Origin: Tubulanus polymorphus
Taxonomy: Eukaryota > Animalia > Nemertea
DNA: 64,000 bases
Direction of reading: 5' to 3'
Assembly: GCF_964204645.1 (NCBI RefSeq)
Contig: NC_134030.1
Coordinates: 6,676,778-6,740,777 of the forward strand
In this document: in pieces, positions 1 through 12,900 of the stretch
Position numbering within the stretch: position 1 is the stretch's first letter
Layout: each line of letters opens with the position of its first letter
Translations under genes and position numbers: made by a program
Notes under the pieces: generated by a model
What the model was told of the DNA's origin: nothing
The model's database searches: none
Seen by the model: the letters and a program-made list of their open reading frames with translations, nothing else

Positions 1-372
1 TTTTCGTACAGACCTCAAATATAAAAACTTCGATTACAATCGCCACTATTGTATGCGGTGTTTCTATTTAGTTATTTTGTAAATCCAATAAAAGTCTAAT
101 TTCTAGTCTAATTGATTGTTAACAAGAAAATACATGTAAACGATAAGATACGACATTCGTGTACCCTTTACAAAATGTTTCTTTTTTCAATCATTCTTCT
201 TTACTAAAATTCTGTAAATGGTGTTTTCGAGAAAATAATCTCCAAATTATCAATACAAAATATAAAACACTAATAGAGACTAGTCTTAATATGTATATAA
301 TATCGTTCAGCTTTCAATGCTCGCAAAATTGGTTTATGCCGCCAAATGTCAGAAAATGTCGATTAACGTTAC

Positions 373-526
373 CTGTCGGTGCTGTAATGTACTGGTGTTC
401 CTCGACCCATTCCCGAAACGATTCTAAGGCGTCATCTTTTTCATCTGGATCTTCGTTCAATTCGACCATCGCTTTTTTAGCGCTAGCCTCATCTAGGCTG
501 TAGTCATATTCCGAGTAAGTTGCCAT
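373..526 (-). CDS. First coding exon of a CRAL-TRIO domain protein (alpha-tocopherol transfer protein/clavesin/RLBP1-like); the gene continues off the left edge
   Basis: ATG at 526 gives MATYSEYDYSLDEASAKKAMVELNEDPDEKDDALESFREWVEEHQYITAPT, the typical CRAL/TRIO N-terminal pattern 'A..EL.E.P......L..FR.W'. It ends at a CAG|GTAA donor at 373/372. Confidence 0.8.
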
Positions 527-2545
527 CAGGAGACCGAGAGATTTCTTTTTGCTATTTTGGTGTAAAGTTTTGGTTATCTTTATGTATAAATGAATCGCAG
601 CTAGATGACCAGCCAACTTCAAAACCTGTATTTTCTGATTTTACGGCAGCTTTTCGAATCGGTTGCAAGAAATTGTTCAACTGTGAACTGTATTTTTCAA
701 ACTGATATTACGATTAAACAGAACCCGTTTAAATAACAAGCTTCAAAGAATGTCTTTCACTTTATGACATTCATTGACACGAGTTTTTGATTTGTGAGAG
801 TTAGCATATGATACGACTGAAAAAACCTATTCATAAAACAGCTAAATCGTAACTTCGTCGATTATTCGGGTTTGCTTTGCGTGCCAAGTCAGTTACAATA
901 CCGACCAAGATTGTAAATTCGCTAGTCTTTTATAGTTTATGTTTATTATGTCGAGGGTACCGGTACATAAAAAAAACCTTTTCTAAGATCCAAGGACAGG
1001 AATGTTTTCTCCGGAAAGCTGTACTTAAGTACCAACCTGGCCGTTTCTGAGAAAGCATAATTTCATTGTACAAAATGGTCCATCGTTTAAACAAGAAAAT
1101 ATTTCTTGGCAGAGTTTTTTTTCTGTCATGTGTTTTCTTAAACATGCTATGACTGTATCTATGTACACACGCCTTTATAATTAAACTTTCACAGTTTAAA
1201 CATTGTATTTTTCATTCAATTTAGAAATATGAGCGCGTGAGCAAAATCTACAGTTGCAGCATTTATGAAAAATTGCTTTGTTTATTGTCGAGTGATTTAC
1301 GATGTATGCAATTAAGTATATACGTTATATGAATAACTCAGAATCTTTCGTCGAATTTTGAAGGGCTTCTGTGAATGTCTGTCACAAGATGACGCACATG
1401 TAAAAATTGGATTTGAAAGAAATATGTATACGGAGACGCAAAAAGCAACGTATCGCATCTTGGAGTTGCAAAGTCAACTTAATTATGAATTGTGTCTTCA
1501 ATATCAATAATTGATTAGATAAAATCATTCCACCCTCGATTCGTAACTTCGATAATTATTTTGATCTAGGCTATGAATTTCATATTGGTTTCAGTTTGTA
1601 GAGGAATCAACAAGCGATATAGTTGTCCAAAATACGGGTGTTGTCACAGCACAAGGTGACCTTAAACGACTCGTGATGTGAATAAGTAAAGTTTTTGAAA
1701 AATTGTATGCGTTGTATTCTTACGATGTCAACCTTTCTGTTCCTTTAGTAGATTTCGATTCATAACCGCACAATCAATCGTGCGGTACGTTTACGTTCTT
1801 GGTAATTCAACGTCAATTCTAAGAAGGCATTGTGTATTCTGGGAAAAGGCCAGCTGAGGTCCTGAGAAAAATTTCTCCCTCGACTTGTTTTGCACGCGTG
1901 TCACTTTCGTTTCAATTTCAAGCAGTATCATAGGCGGCTATACATTTGACAAACAAGTGCGTGATACATATATCAATTATGTTATTTCTATGTCTTCAGT
2001 TTTGATGACTCCTCCCATTCGCAATTCTAAGAATCCCTTCTGTTTCGAATCTATACAAATTTCGAAATGAACCTCGAAAATAGCGAATGAGCACACGAAA
2101 GTAGACTAAAACAGTTTATTATGTTTCATAAGAATATGCATTCAATACAATGGAAGACAACATACAATATTCAGCAGTATCAATTTTGATCACTTTCAGC
2201 AAAAGAGGATAACTAATAAATTTGCATTTAACTAACTGCAACATCAGAGACATACAGTTTCACTGTTTTAGCTGATATTAGATTAACTTCTTATTTGATA
2301 TAACAAACTGTCTTTAATGATTCTAGGGCTGCTAGTTTCTAGATTCTAGTTTACTGCTTTTTGCGCAATTTCACAACAATAGCACGTGCCTCTGGTGCTA
2401 CCGTCTGAATCTGCGCCAGAAATAACGGACCTGGCTCCACATTTAGAAGTTCGATAGATTCAACTAGAGTCATCAGTTCGTTGATTTTTAGAAACGGTTT
2501 CAGATAATGTCTAGTTCTGAATAAAAATACGCATAATAAATGAGT

Positions 2546-5500
2546 CTACGATTGATACTGATTTGAACTATCTTGACCGAGTAGTTTATCCATATTCACA
2601 GTCGATAACGTCACTGCTCTTTTGAACTCATCGTAATAATAACTTAACGAGCTGTGTAACTGTTCAAGTGTTAGTCCTTCGAGATTATTAACGTCGGTTT
2701 GTTCCGCGTTCGAACTGGAGGAATAAATGCGATCAGTTTCAGCGCGGTTTGGTCTAGACGTCTGTTCTCCTTGACGATGCCGCTTCCAAATCTCTTTCTG
2801 ATAAATGCTGAAAAACGAACGTTTACATGAGGAAAGTACATAAAATACTAACATCTTCACCGGGTTGGTCATTAACCGAGCGTTTGTATAAGGTATATTC
2901 GTAGTAGTTAAATAAGATATCCATACCTAATTTGTTGCAATGCAGCAGTCATATCGCTACAGTGATGTCTTGTTTCTGTAGCAATTCGCTGCACTATTTG
3001 CCAAGAAGCTCTAGTTTCCATTAGACAACCCTCTGCTACTGAACGAAGCTCTCTCTCTTGTAAAACCTGTGCTTTCAATTTCTCATTTTGTTCATAGCCC
3101 TAATAAAAAACAGTTAACAATCCAATTCATGAAAATAATGAGAGTTTTTTAAAAAGACGAACAGGTTTGTCTTACCCTTTGTAGCTGAATGGCCATTTCT
3201 TGCATTTCAGCCTCAAGTTTATCAGCATAAGAATGTTCCAGTGAGTTGCACGCCGGACACGCATTACTGTGCCAGCGAGCTATAGCATTAGTCATCTTCC
3301 GCCGGGGACCAAACAATCTACAAAATCATTTAAAAACACCACTGAGTTATGTGCAAGTTGTGTTAATTTACCTGTCTTTACTTAATTGACTTATACTTGA
3401 ATGTTTTAATTATAAAGTCATAATGTTTTGTATCATAACATAGGAGTACAAAAAATTGCCGAAGAGAGGTTAGAGCAGTGGGGGTGGGTCTGATTTGATT
3501 GTTTGACTCTGGAATGCCAGATCAGATTCAACTCAGGGATACCAAGTTTTGTAGTTTTTTAGTGAGATGGCGAGTATTTGATTCTCTACATAGTACGTAC
3601 TTGATACCGATTTCTTTCAAGTCGTTGTCCGTCAATGAAAGAAACACTTGTAAATCTACGTCCTGTTCTTCGAAAACCGTCAAATATTTCGTTAACCCGA
3701 GCTGTTGCAACAGCGTCTTCAAGTCTTTCATCTGATACGTGTTTTGTTGTAATGAATGAACGGGATAGCTATTGTTTGCGATGTTAGCTACTGTTTGTAC
3801 GGTTGAATCGATCAACTGACTACTGTTCGCTGTTGTTCGTTTCAGTGCGTCTGCTAGATTTTTACTGTCAGCTGAACCGCTTTTGATTGTCAGCGCGCCC
3901 GTTCTTGAAAATGCATCATCTTCCTCTTCAACATCCACATCTAATGATCCTGCCATTCAGAAATAATTCAACAAATTCATATGAATTTTGAAGAAATTTA
4001 CACAATGTACTGATAGAAATATTTCTTACCTCTGCTTGAACCTGATGAGCTTGAAGTATCTTGTTTATGATCATCTGAATGGATTGGTGATGTGAGTTCA
4101 CGGAGATTTGGTGACTGTCCTGTATTTGAAACACCTGCAATCACATATATACAATAGCAGATTCCCAACCACAAACCTTGGATACAACAATCTTCTCCTT
4201 CAGATTATACTCACCTGATTTGAGAGCTTCCTCTACTGTTTCGCTGTTTGACTTTTGTTTTTGAATCAGTTTAGCGAACGCGTGTGGGCCATCAAGAATA
4301 CTAGGACCTTTCAAGGAGATTTTTACTGGCCGGTTATTGGCAACATTTTGGTTGAAGTCAGATGAGCTTACATCACCTGAAATACATATCACAAATTCTT
4401 GAAATTCATGAAAGGTAAGGTGTTCTCAAAGTTTCTAACTCTGAAGAAAATTTTCACCAATCCAAGAAATTAAGAGCTATTCAGCAAGGTATTCAACTAC
4501 CTGGTTTTAGTCGTTTTTGAGATGCCACATGATAATCGATTAAGGAAGCCACCTTCGTATAACCCTTCATCAGAGCTAATGTGCGTGCATTACTATCAGA
4601 GTTATTCTTCAAATTTACATCTACACCCTAATAATATAAACAAGAAATTGAAGAGAATTTTGTGGGATCGTTCAGTGAGTTTTGTGAAGTCAAGGTAGAT
4701 TCAATTTGCTTACATTCTGAAGAAAGTATTGCACAATGATCTCATGACCTTCTGAAGCAGCCTCCATAAAAGGTGTCATTCCTTTATTAGGTTCCCTGAA
4801 AGGATAGATACTGCATAATACGGGTTGACCTGAATATTTCAGTGATGCTAATACTCATGCCAAGGTTTCAACCCTGTACAGTATGGTAGTGTCCCCAGGC
4901 AAGACGCATCCCTGTTGCATCTCTACACACCCAGGAAAAAGGGAGACAACTTGTGAGTACCAGGTATTGTGGGTTGGAGGTTTTTTGCTCTCCAGTGAGA
5001 GATGTTTGGTACACAACTACTAGGGATAAAAATACCAATGCAAGAAATCACAAATTGTCTATAAATTTTGGTTTTTTACCTGCTGTTCATATCTGCTTTG
5101 TTTTCAATGAGAAATGTTACCATGTTTTGATGGCCGGCCGATGTGGCATGAAATAAAGCTGTCCAACCTGAATTATCTTTGGCTTCCAATTCGGCATCAG
5201 CCTGAAAACGCCAAGAAAAAGACATACATTAACAAAACAGACAAGTCAAGACTAGCGTTAAGTTAAACGTGTGGGGGCTAACTTAATTTACTTATAATCA
5301 AGTTAGCCCCTGGGTTAAAAAGTCAATACCAGTCCTTAAGACTGGGCCTTGGTATTTTCAGTATTAATACGTTTAATTACAGTACCTTCAATAAGAAATA
5401 ACACACAGTATCATTTCCACAGCTAGCTGCCAGAATCAGCGCCGTTTGACCTTTGTTATTGCGGATGTTAACATCAACGTTCGCTCGTAATAAAAGCGTA

Positions 5501-5849
5501 ACGATGTTTTCATGTCCGATGTAACTCGCATACATCAACGGAGTCCAACCACCTGAATTCCTCCTATGCACGGACATTTCATCACTGAAAAGAAGGATAA
5601 TGATAAGTTGAAGTTCTGGAATTAGAGGTTATTAGAATCAATATAAATCAGTTATCTAAAATGAACTTACTTTTGTAAAGCATTATAAACACAGTCATAT
5701 TGACCGATACTGGCAGCTGTGTAGACGTCTAACTGGGCAGCATACGATTCTTCGGCTGATAAACCAGTCCACATTGACAGCGATGAATCGAACATTTCCG
5801 ATTCGGATGAATATCCTGACGAATCATCGAATTCAAATGATGAAGCCAT
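2546..5849 (-). CDS. ANKS3: Ankyrin repeat and SAM domain-containing protein 3 (about 11 coding exons)
   Basis: GT-AG exons 5849-5671, 5584-5386, 5201-5080, 4795-4714, 4627-4501, 4376-4215, 4134-4030, 3949-3601, 3317-3176, 3099-2927, 2807-2546. Peptides SLSMWTGL..LDVYTAASIGQY, GGWTPLMYASYIGHENIV, GWTALFHATSAGHQNMV, TPFMEAASEGHEIIVQYFL, a SAM domain (LQQLGLTKYLTVFEEQDVDLQVFLSLTDNDLKEIGIKLFGPRRKMTNAIARWHS) and LEHSYADKLEAEMQEMAIQLQR all match vertebrate ANKS3 as recalled. Confidence 0.95.
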
Positions 5850-5974
5850 TTCCGTCACAAGAGGCTCACAATATTGCGACTACCACTGGAATATTCTTGA
5901 GCTGTCTTCCCGAACCCAGGGTTTCACTGGTAGGCCATGAAGCCCGATCATCTGGCTTATTCAGTCAGGCCTAA

Positions 5975-6918
5975 CTGGAAATGGAATAGGAAAAAATATT
6001 TCATTAATAATCAAACAACGATCGTGAATCTATCAGAGAATGGATAAGAGGTGCCGTGACAGAGGCCCGACACAATGAAAAGTTTTTGACTCAAGTAACC
6101 TAGTAAGATCTAGGTACTAGGCCTATATCTTTTTCTAAGCCTTGTATAGGCCTACTGGTACTGGGGTCAAAAACTTTTTGCATCTGCCGTCTTGCCCCTG
6201 TGGGCGAGGTAACAAACTGGTCACCAAGAACCTCTGGAAGAATGTCTGGGTGAGTGGGTGCACTAATAGGATCGTAGAGCAATGTAGATCACTGTGGAGA
6301 CAGCCACACGGCCAGGACTTGGTGAACTGGTGAAGTGGTTTGAATTTTGTTTGTTTGTGATGACAAGTTCAGAAAGTCAACACATTTATTCAAAATTGAG
6401 TGTATTCATCCCTCCTAAAAAACATGATAACTGTCAAAAATACATTCACTGACTTCTACGCAAAAACTCATGTATTTTCTAACCCATAAAAGCAATGTAG
6501 CAACCTTTTTTTGAGTGATCTTCATTTTTTACAAATATTTGTTGACATATAAAGTTCAACGCCACCTGTTTGCTTAAAGTCCATATCCGTGTTTTCAATA
6601 CCTTCGAATAATCCCGATCCGTGTTTTTATCCTGATATCCGGGTCCGTGTTTTCGTAGTGACATCTCAAAATATTTTTCTATTTCTGACAGGCGTTGTAA
6701 ACCTTTTTTTTTGATGAAACGGGGCAAGAGACCACCGGCATTTTAGAATCAAAGTAAGGTAAGATGATGTTCGTTTATGATAGTGGAGCCTTTAAAGGTA
6801 TATTGCTGAATAAACTCACATGAACGTGCCAGAATCGTCTGTATTTGTAAATTCAAATTAATTTTAGTTTATTGACTATTTACACTTATGTGATCGGGCA
6901 TGTTTTCGTTTATTTTAG
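5975..6918. promoter_or_regulatory. Probable shared divergent promoter and 5' UTR region of ANKS3 and DNAAF8
   Basis: The start codons at 5849 (-) and 6920 (+) are about 1.07 kb apart. Both genes have a splice acceptor upstream of the ATG (5975 on -, 6918 on +), so non-coding first exons must lie in this interval. Candidate + strand donors (GTAAGGTAAG) are at about 6754-6763. Confidence 0.6.
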
Positions 6919-6919
6919 G

Positions 6920-9900
6920 ATGGCTTCGGATAGTGAAGATAGTGATCTGAATTTGAGTTCGCTTCACTCATCCCTTTCCGGCAGGTCGTTGTTGAAGCCA
7001 AAACTCGATACCATTTTCTCTGAGGTCACCAAAAATTTGCCCGATATCAGTTTTGATGATGACGGCTCTGATGTAAGTATATTTTGTTTTACAGACGTTT
7101 TTGTGCACCTGAACTTGATTTTCTCATCCTAGAACCCTTGCAAAGGACTCTAATCCTGAACTTTCTCTTTATGCCTATCCTAATACCTAACCAAACCCTC
7201 AATCTTATCAGTACACTAATCCACCCCAACCCACTCAGGATTAGGATAAGCATAAGGATAAGAGATAGGTTAAACTTATCTAAATACACCAAAATGTTGA
7301 ACTAGAGAAAGAACCTGGAATGCATTGAATGTTCTTTAAAAGTGACCTTGTATATATTTATTGCATTTGGTTGATAAGATAAGTTCTGAAGATGACGAGG
7401 CAGAAGTTCAAATATTCCAACGCCAGGTTGCGTGCGCCAGCGTTAATATCGATCATAAAACCCTCGTCCAAGACATCGATAAAGATCTAGATGAAAGTAA
7501 CGAAATCGTTAATGACGACGATATCGCGTCGTTTATAGCTGATCATCAGAAAAAAACGTCAGTTTCTGCCGGAACGAATGCCGATATCGGAGTGAGGAAA
7601 GTGAAAGCGAATACTACGGTTAGCGTTGGAACAAACTGGCACGATTTACAACCACCTCAACCGAAGGTAAGTTAATATTTTTCAATCCCAAAACCTAAAT
7701 ACGCGTAAGGGGAAACCGATGACTTGGATGACGCTTTGTTTGCTTAACGACCTTCAGATCGTGGTTTCCTAAGACTAACCCTATGGGATTATTCATTTAG
7801 CCCCATGACAAGACTGTCTTTGAAGTGTTGCTTGTAAACTGTAAGCAGCCATCTGGACTCGAGCCCACTTGTGACTCAGCACTGATAGTGAATGCAAAAG
7901 CTCCATGCCTTATCCAACGTACTGCTTACTGGTGAAAGGATAAAAAATGTCTATTTCATAAGTCATTAAATAGAGGCTTAGTGATTTGAAAAGGGTTTGA
8001 ACCCATGGTCAGGGATCGCGGAGTCGAACCACTCATCAACACACCGCTCGTCCATTTTACAGGTTAACAATTGGGTCGCTAACAATGACTCGACTTCGGA
8101 AACGAAGTGTGAAATAAACCGACAGGACAGCGACGAAGGAATAATTCCAGACGTCGGTGATCATTGTCGCGTTTCATCCGATCAAAGAAAACCGAATAAA
8201 CTAAAAACGAGTTATTCCGCCGAAGATTCGAAACAACTGGTATCGATGTATCTACCTTCAAACGCCCCGACACTTTCTTTCAATAATATATCACAGTTTG
8301 ACATCGGTAAGTGATGGTGTTCTAGTTATCAGTTTACACGGTGTGCCTTAAACTCCTTGATTCCTAAAAAATTCCTTCTTATCGGAAAATGCTCTTTAAG
8401 GTGATTGAAACTCCTTTAATTTAGCAAAATTCCTGAAACTCCTATAAAACACCTTTAATTTTGAGAAATAGGCAATTAGAAATTTGTACAGTAAACTATG
8501 CTTGAATCAGTACAGTTGGGATTTGTTTTCTACCCTATAAGCCTAATTAGAAACTGAGTTTAGATAACCTCTGACTATTCCCAATTTTGATGATTTCAAA
8601 CGAGCGCTTTCCTATTCAAAATCTTACAACATTTTACAACTCAGCCCATGCGCCGGAGAACATTGGTCACGATGAAATAGGCTCGGTTTATTTAGTATCA
8701 TTATAATTATTTATTTAAGATGAAGTTTTAGAAAGTGTTGATTCGAGCGGCACGACCGTAACGGAATCGATATACGACATCGGAGATATGTTGAATTCGT
8801 CATCGGCGGTGACAGCCGGAGCAGACGACGGAGCCGGAGAACAACGATCGATCATCGAACGACTGGCGAGTTTGTCGGCGAGTCACCTCGGCGAAGAGAT
8901 CAACGATATCGATCCTCGTACGGGAGCCATATCAAAGAGAAAACCGCAAACAAAAGAGGAAAAAACAGCTCGTAATAGTAGCAAAGTTACTGGTAATTGT
9001 CAGGGCTACTTTTGGGCGTCCAGTTCCCTAAATTAGCATATTGCTTCTCAGGCGTCCGTCCTTTCTGCCTGTCTTTCAGCGATTTAGCTTTCTTTAATAG
9101 TGGGTCGATCTTGATGAAAATTCAAAAAGTTGTCTTGACAAAATTCTGCTATTGGCCCTAGATACAACGTATCCATAATGCAATTGCTAACTAACGCATG
9201 GTTCTAGATTCCAAGGACCATTGTCGCCTGTTGCAACTAACTTCTTGATACTTTTTCAGCCGAAGGACAAAAACCAAAAACGAGTTCATCAGGGACGAAT
9301 ACGAATGACTTGGCTAATTATGCTAAAATTGCTCATACTTGTAAGTTTTCAACATCAAATCGTTTCGCGCTTATCATATCATATAATAGGATGTACGAAT
9401 AAATGTTCTATGGTTTTGCAGCGTTGATGCCACACAGTTCGTTATCGGCGTCGAACATTAAAACGAGCGACACGATTTTCATCGATTTACGAAATTTCGA
9501 TTTAATCAAAGAAGAACAACAGCGTAAAATAGAAGCGGTGCAACGCGTCCTAGGAATCGAACAAACTAACAAGTATGTAAAATACAATATCAATTCCGCT
9601 CAGCTCAAAATATCACCTGGTTACCTGGTATTTACTTTTTGCATCCGTTGGAAATATTGAACGGTTTTAAATTTTCACAGAGCCGAGTCGTCTGATGATG
9701 ACGACGACGATGACCGCAATGACCATGAACTTTGGCACGAACAAAGGCGTCGAATTAAGCAAACGTTGGCTTCAAAAGGAGTTCTTCCCGATGTTCTTCC
9801 ATCAAAACCTTCTCCACCGACGTAAGTATACATCGTTAATTATAGAGAGGGCAATCGTCAATTTTACCTTGAAATTCTGGACCGTATACAAACTAATGTT

Positions 9901-12900
9901 ATCCATAATTCAGTATTTCATGATGTAAAGTCGACGTATGTTTTTCCTCATTTTCCTGGTGGAAAAATGTTTGTTAACATATATCCTACATGCAAACTGT
10001 GAATAGATACGGGACTTGTTTAAATGTGATTGATTAAATCTTATGTTGAAGATTCCAACAACCAAAGAATAGAAAACAAGAACCGCAGAGGACTGAAACC
10101 AAAGTTGCCGTTGAACAATCCGCCCCAGCGGCACAGAATACGGCCACGTCAGAGATAACCAAACCTGATGTTGCTGATCGGAAGTTGGCACTGGCAGCTG
10201 AAGAGAAACGTAAGAAGTTCGAGAAAGCCAGGTGCGGTATATTCCATGTTGTTTCGAATAATGTTCTGGTTGGATTCTAGTACCTGAGAATGAAGTATTG
10301 TAATCTAATGTATTCGGTACAGGCGGTTGAAAGAACAAAAAGACCACGAACAGAAATCTCGCATTCGCCTCGGAAAACGTCTCGAAGCTTTAAAACCCAT
10401 CACGTCAATAAATGGTAGACAACCGATGGCTGAGGCTACTCCGACCATGTATCACGAGGTATAGTACACCCTCCAAACTTAGAACCTCTGTACCTGAATG
10501 TCATTCATCTTAAATCTCTACGCATCAGTCCGGGTAAATCTGTTTCTATTTTAGGAAGCTTCGTACGAACCGGAGCTTGACAACTTACCGTCGAATCTAC
10601 GCGAGGATAAAGAATGTTGTCTGATAACTGTTTTATTGTCGAGTAACGGAGAGATCGTGACTCATCGCGGACATGTGAATAAAAGCGTCGATTCTGGTAT
10701 GTATTCAACTTCATATATCAGTAAGCTGCTTCCTTGCTTGTATTACTGATGAATAGTGCTTAATAATCAAATAGAGCTTAGCTATATTGTTATGCTTCAG
10801 GAACCTAATTTCCACATCCAGCAAGAGGATTAAATTCACACAGATGTCTATTATGCATGATATTCTGGTATATTTTCACAGGTCAAGGTCTTTCGGCTAG
10901 TTATACTACGTTATTGACGTGGTTGTTGTCGCTTGTTCCGAATGATTTCACGTTCTTACAAGAAGAACCGAAACCTCGATCTACACATGCTGCTGCTGCT
11001 GCTGCTGATACGAGTTGTACTGCGCCGTTCCACGTGATTGGACTGCAGCAGATGTGGGCGGACGAACAATTGAAACTGGTCGTCGCGGTAACTGCAAACG
11101 CCGCTATGAAACCACCATCCAAATCTAGGAGAAAGGTAATATTCATTATTTTAGCATAAACACATCCTTTGAGTGTTGAAAAAACAGGACTTGCCTGTTA
11201 TGTAAACCCAATCACAATAACTGTAAAATCTCAAAGTCAATGAGGGAAATGAAAGGTTGCCCAAAGTAGCTGATCATGTTTATATTGGATGGAACTGAGT
11301 CCTAAAAACTTGTTCTTGATACTTTGAGCGCCAGACTATTATGTGTGAAGATATGATAGCTGTGCTATAAATTGATCATCTGGCAAAGCACTAGGTTAAT
11401 GCAGATTTCCAGGTAAACATATGTAGGCTGTTGCTTTGGGTATCTGATTGGGCAGTGGAGAGGTTATTGGGCATGCAGATGTACCCGGTAGATGTTTTCG
11501 GTTCAGTACTCAAGGCGTTTAAGAGTAATCTTATTCAATCAGTAGTTGTGATAAACATCACGTTCTGAACAGATGATTACTCACTGAATCTATAGATAGT
11601 GATTGGTTCGTTGTATATATTGTAGACGAGAGAGGAAGGGTCGACTCCGTTCCAGCAGCAGTTGATTAAATACCTCGCTATGAATACTCTACACACAGTC
11701 TGTCCATGGCTCGCGAATCTCGTATCGTTGGACGTTACGAATCAAGACGGCGACCATTCGTACGTTTATCGACCGCCGCTGCCGAATATCACGACGAATC
11801 CGCTGTCGACGTTCATGCAGATTGTTTCTAACGTCGACGCCGCGCGCCGAATCTTCGCCGCGCCGGTCGCGTTCTTCTGGCAGACGATCGAAACGGACGA
11901 ACTCTACCCAGATTTGGACGTCGACGAGACGAAACTCGACCACGACATGCAGAACACGATGTCGCTGATTTATAAAAATATCTACGTCGAACCGACGGCC
12001 ATGATGGGTATTTTCAATCGCGTTTTACAGGACGGTTTAGACGTCGCCGGCGTACGCCTCGTCTATCCGTCGACGGCTTACATCACGGCGAACTCCGGCA
12101 GCGTTCCGTCGCAACTTGGCCGACAATCGCGATTAGAAACGTTGAACAACATCGGACCGGTATTAGCGATCGTAATTCGCGGTACGTCGGCGCGTACGAT
12201 CTGGCTCGATACGATCGGACCGGCCGATCCGGTGCTCGCGCGGAAAACCGACCCGAATTCGGTGTGCGCGTTGTACGGCGGTGAAACGCGAGATAAAGTG
12301 TTGATTTTCTGTCCGCGTACGGCGACGCGGATATTCGTCGAGCTCGTCAGCTGGTTCAGCGGACGCGTGCCGTCGAACGGCGTCATAGACGTCGGTAAAC
12401 TGCCCGCCGCCACCGCACGGAAACGCTCGGGCAGTCCGAAATCGAGCGGCAAGAATAAGAAAGGATCGTCGTCGGAAACGGAACAAGATGAATTGTTAAT
12501 ATCACCGACTAAGCCGGCGGTTTTATTAACAGCTACGACGCTCAGCGATATCGTACTCGTACTGTCGCCTCTTCTACCGATCAGATGTTTCGGATTGATT
12601 CTAACCGTGTGTCAGCGACGCGGTTATTCAGTGCGTGGTATTAAACGTATGAAACTCACCACGAAAAAAGCGACCAGTTTAGGTAATCATTTTGTCATCA
12701 GTTCAATGATTAAGAAGGCTTAAGATTCGCTTGTTATCAATTCGTATGTCAGTGTGGATCAAAGGCACAGTTTTACGGTGGGGCTCGAAAGTTGGTTCGA
12801 GTTAATCCTCACAAAAATACCATGGTTATAATGAAATTGTAATTATCACTCTATCAACTATCTACTTGTTAACTCTAACCACCTTAAGAGCAACTGACCC

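Noticed and set aside
11689-12486. Minus-strand ORFs overlapping the large DNAAF8 exon
   Set aside because: Antisense shadows of GC-rich coding sequence with no recognisable motifs.
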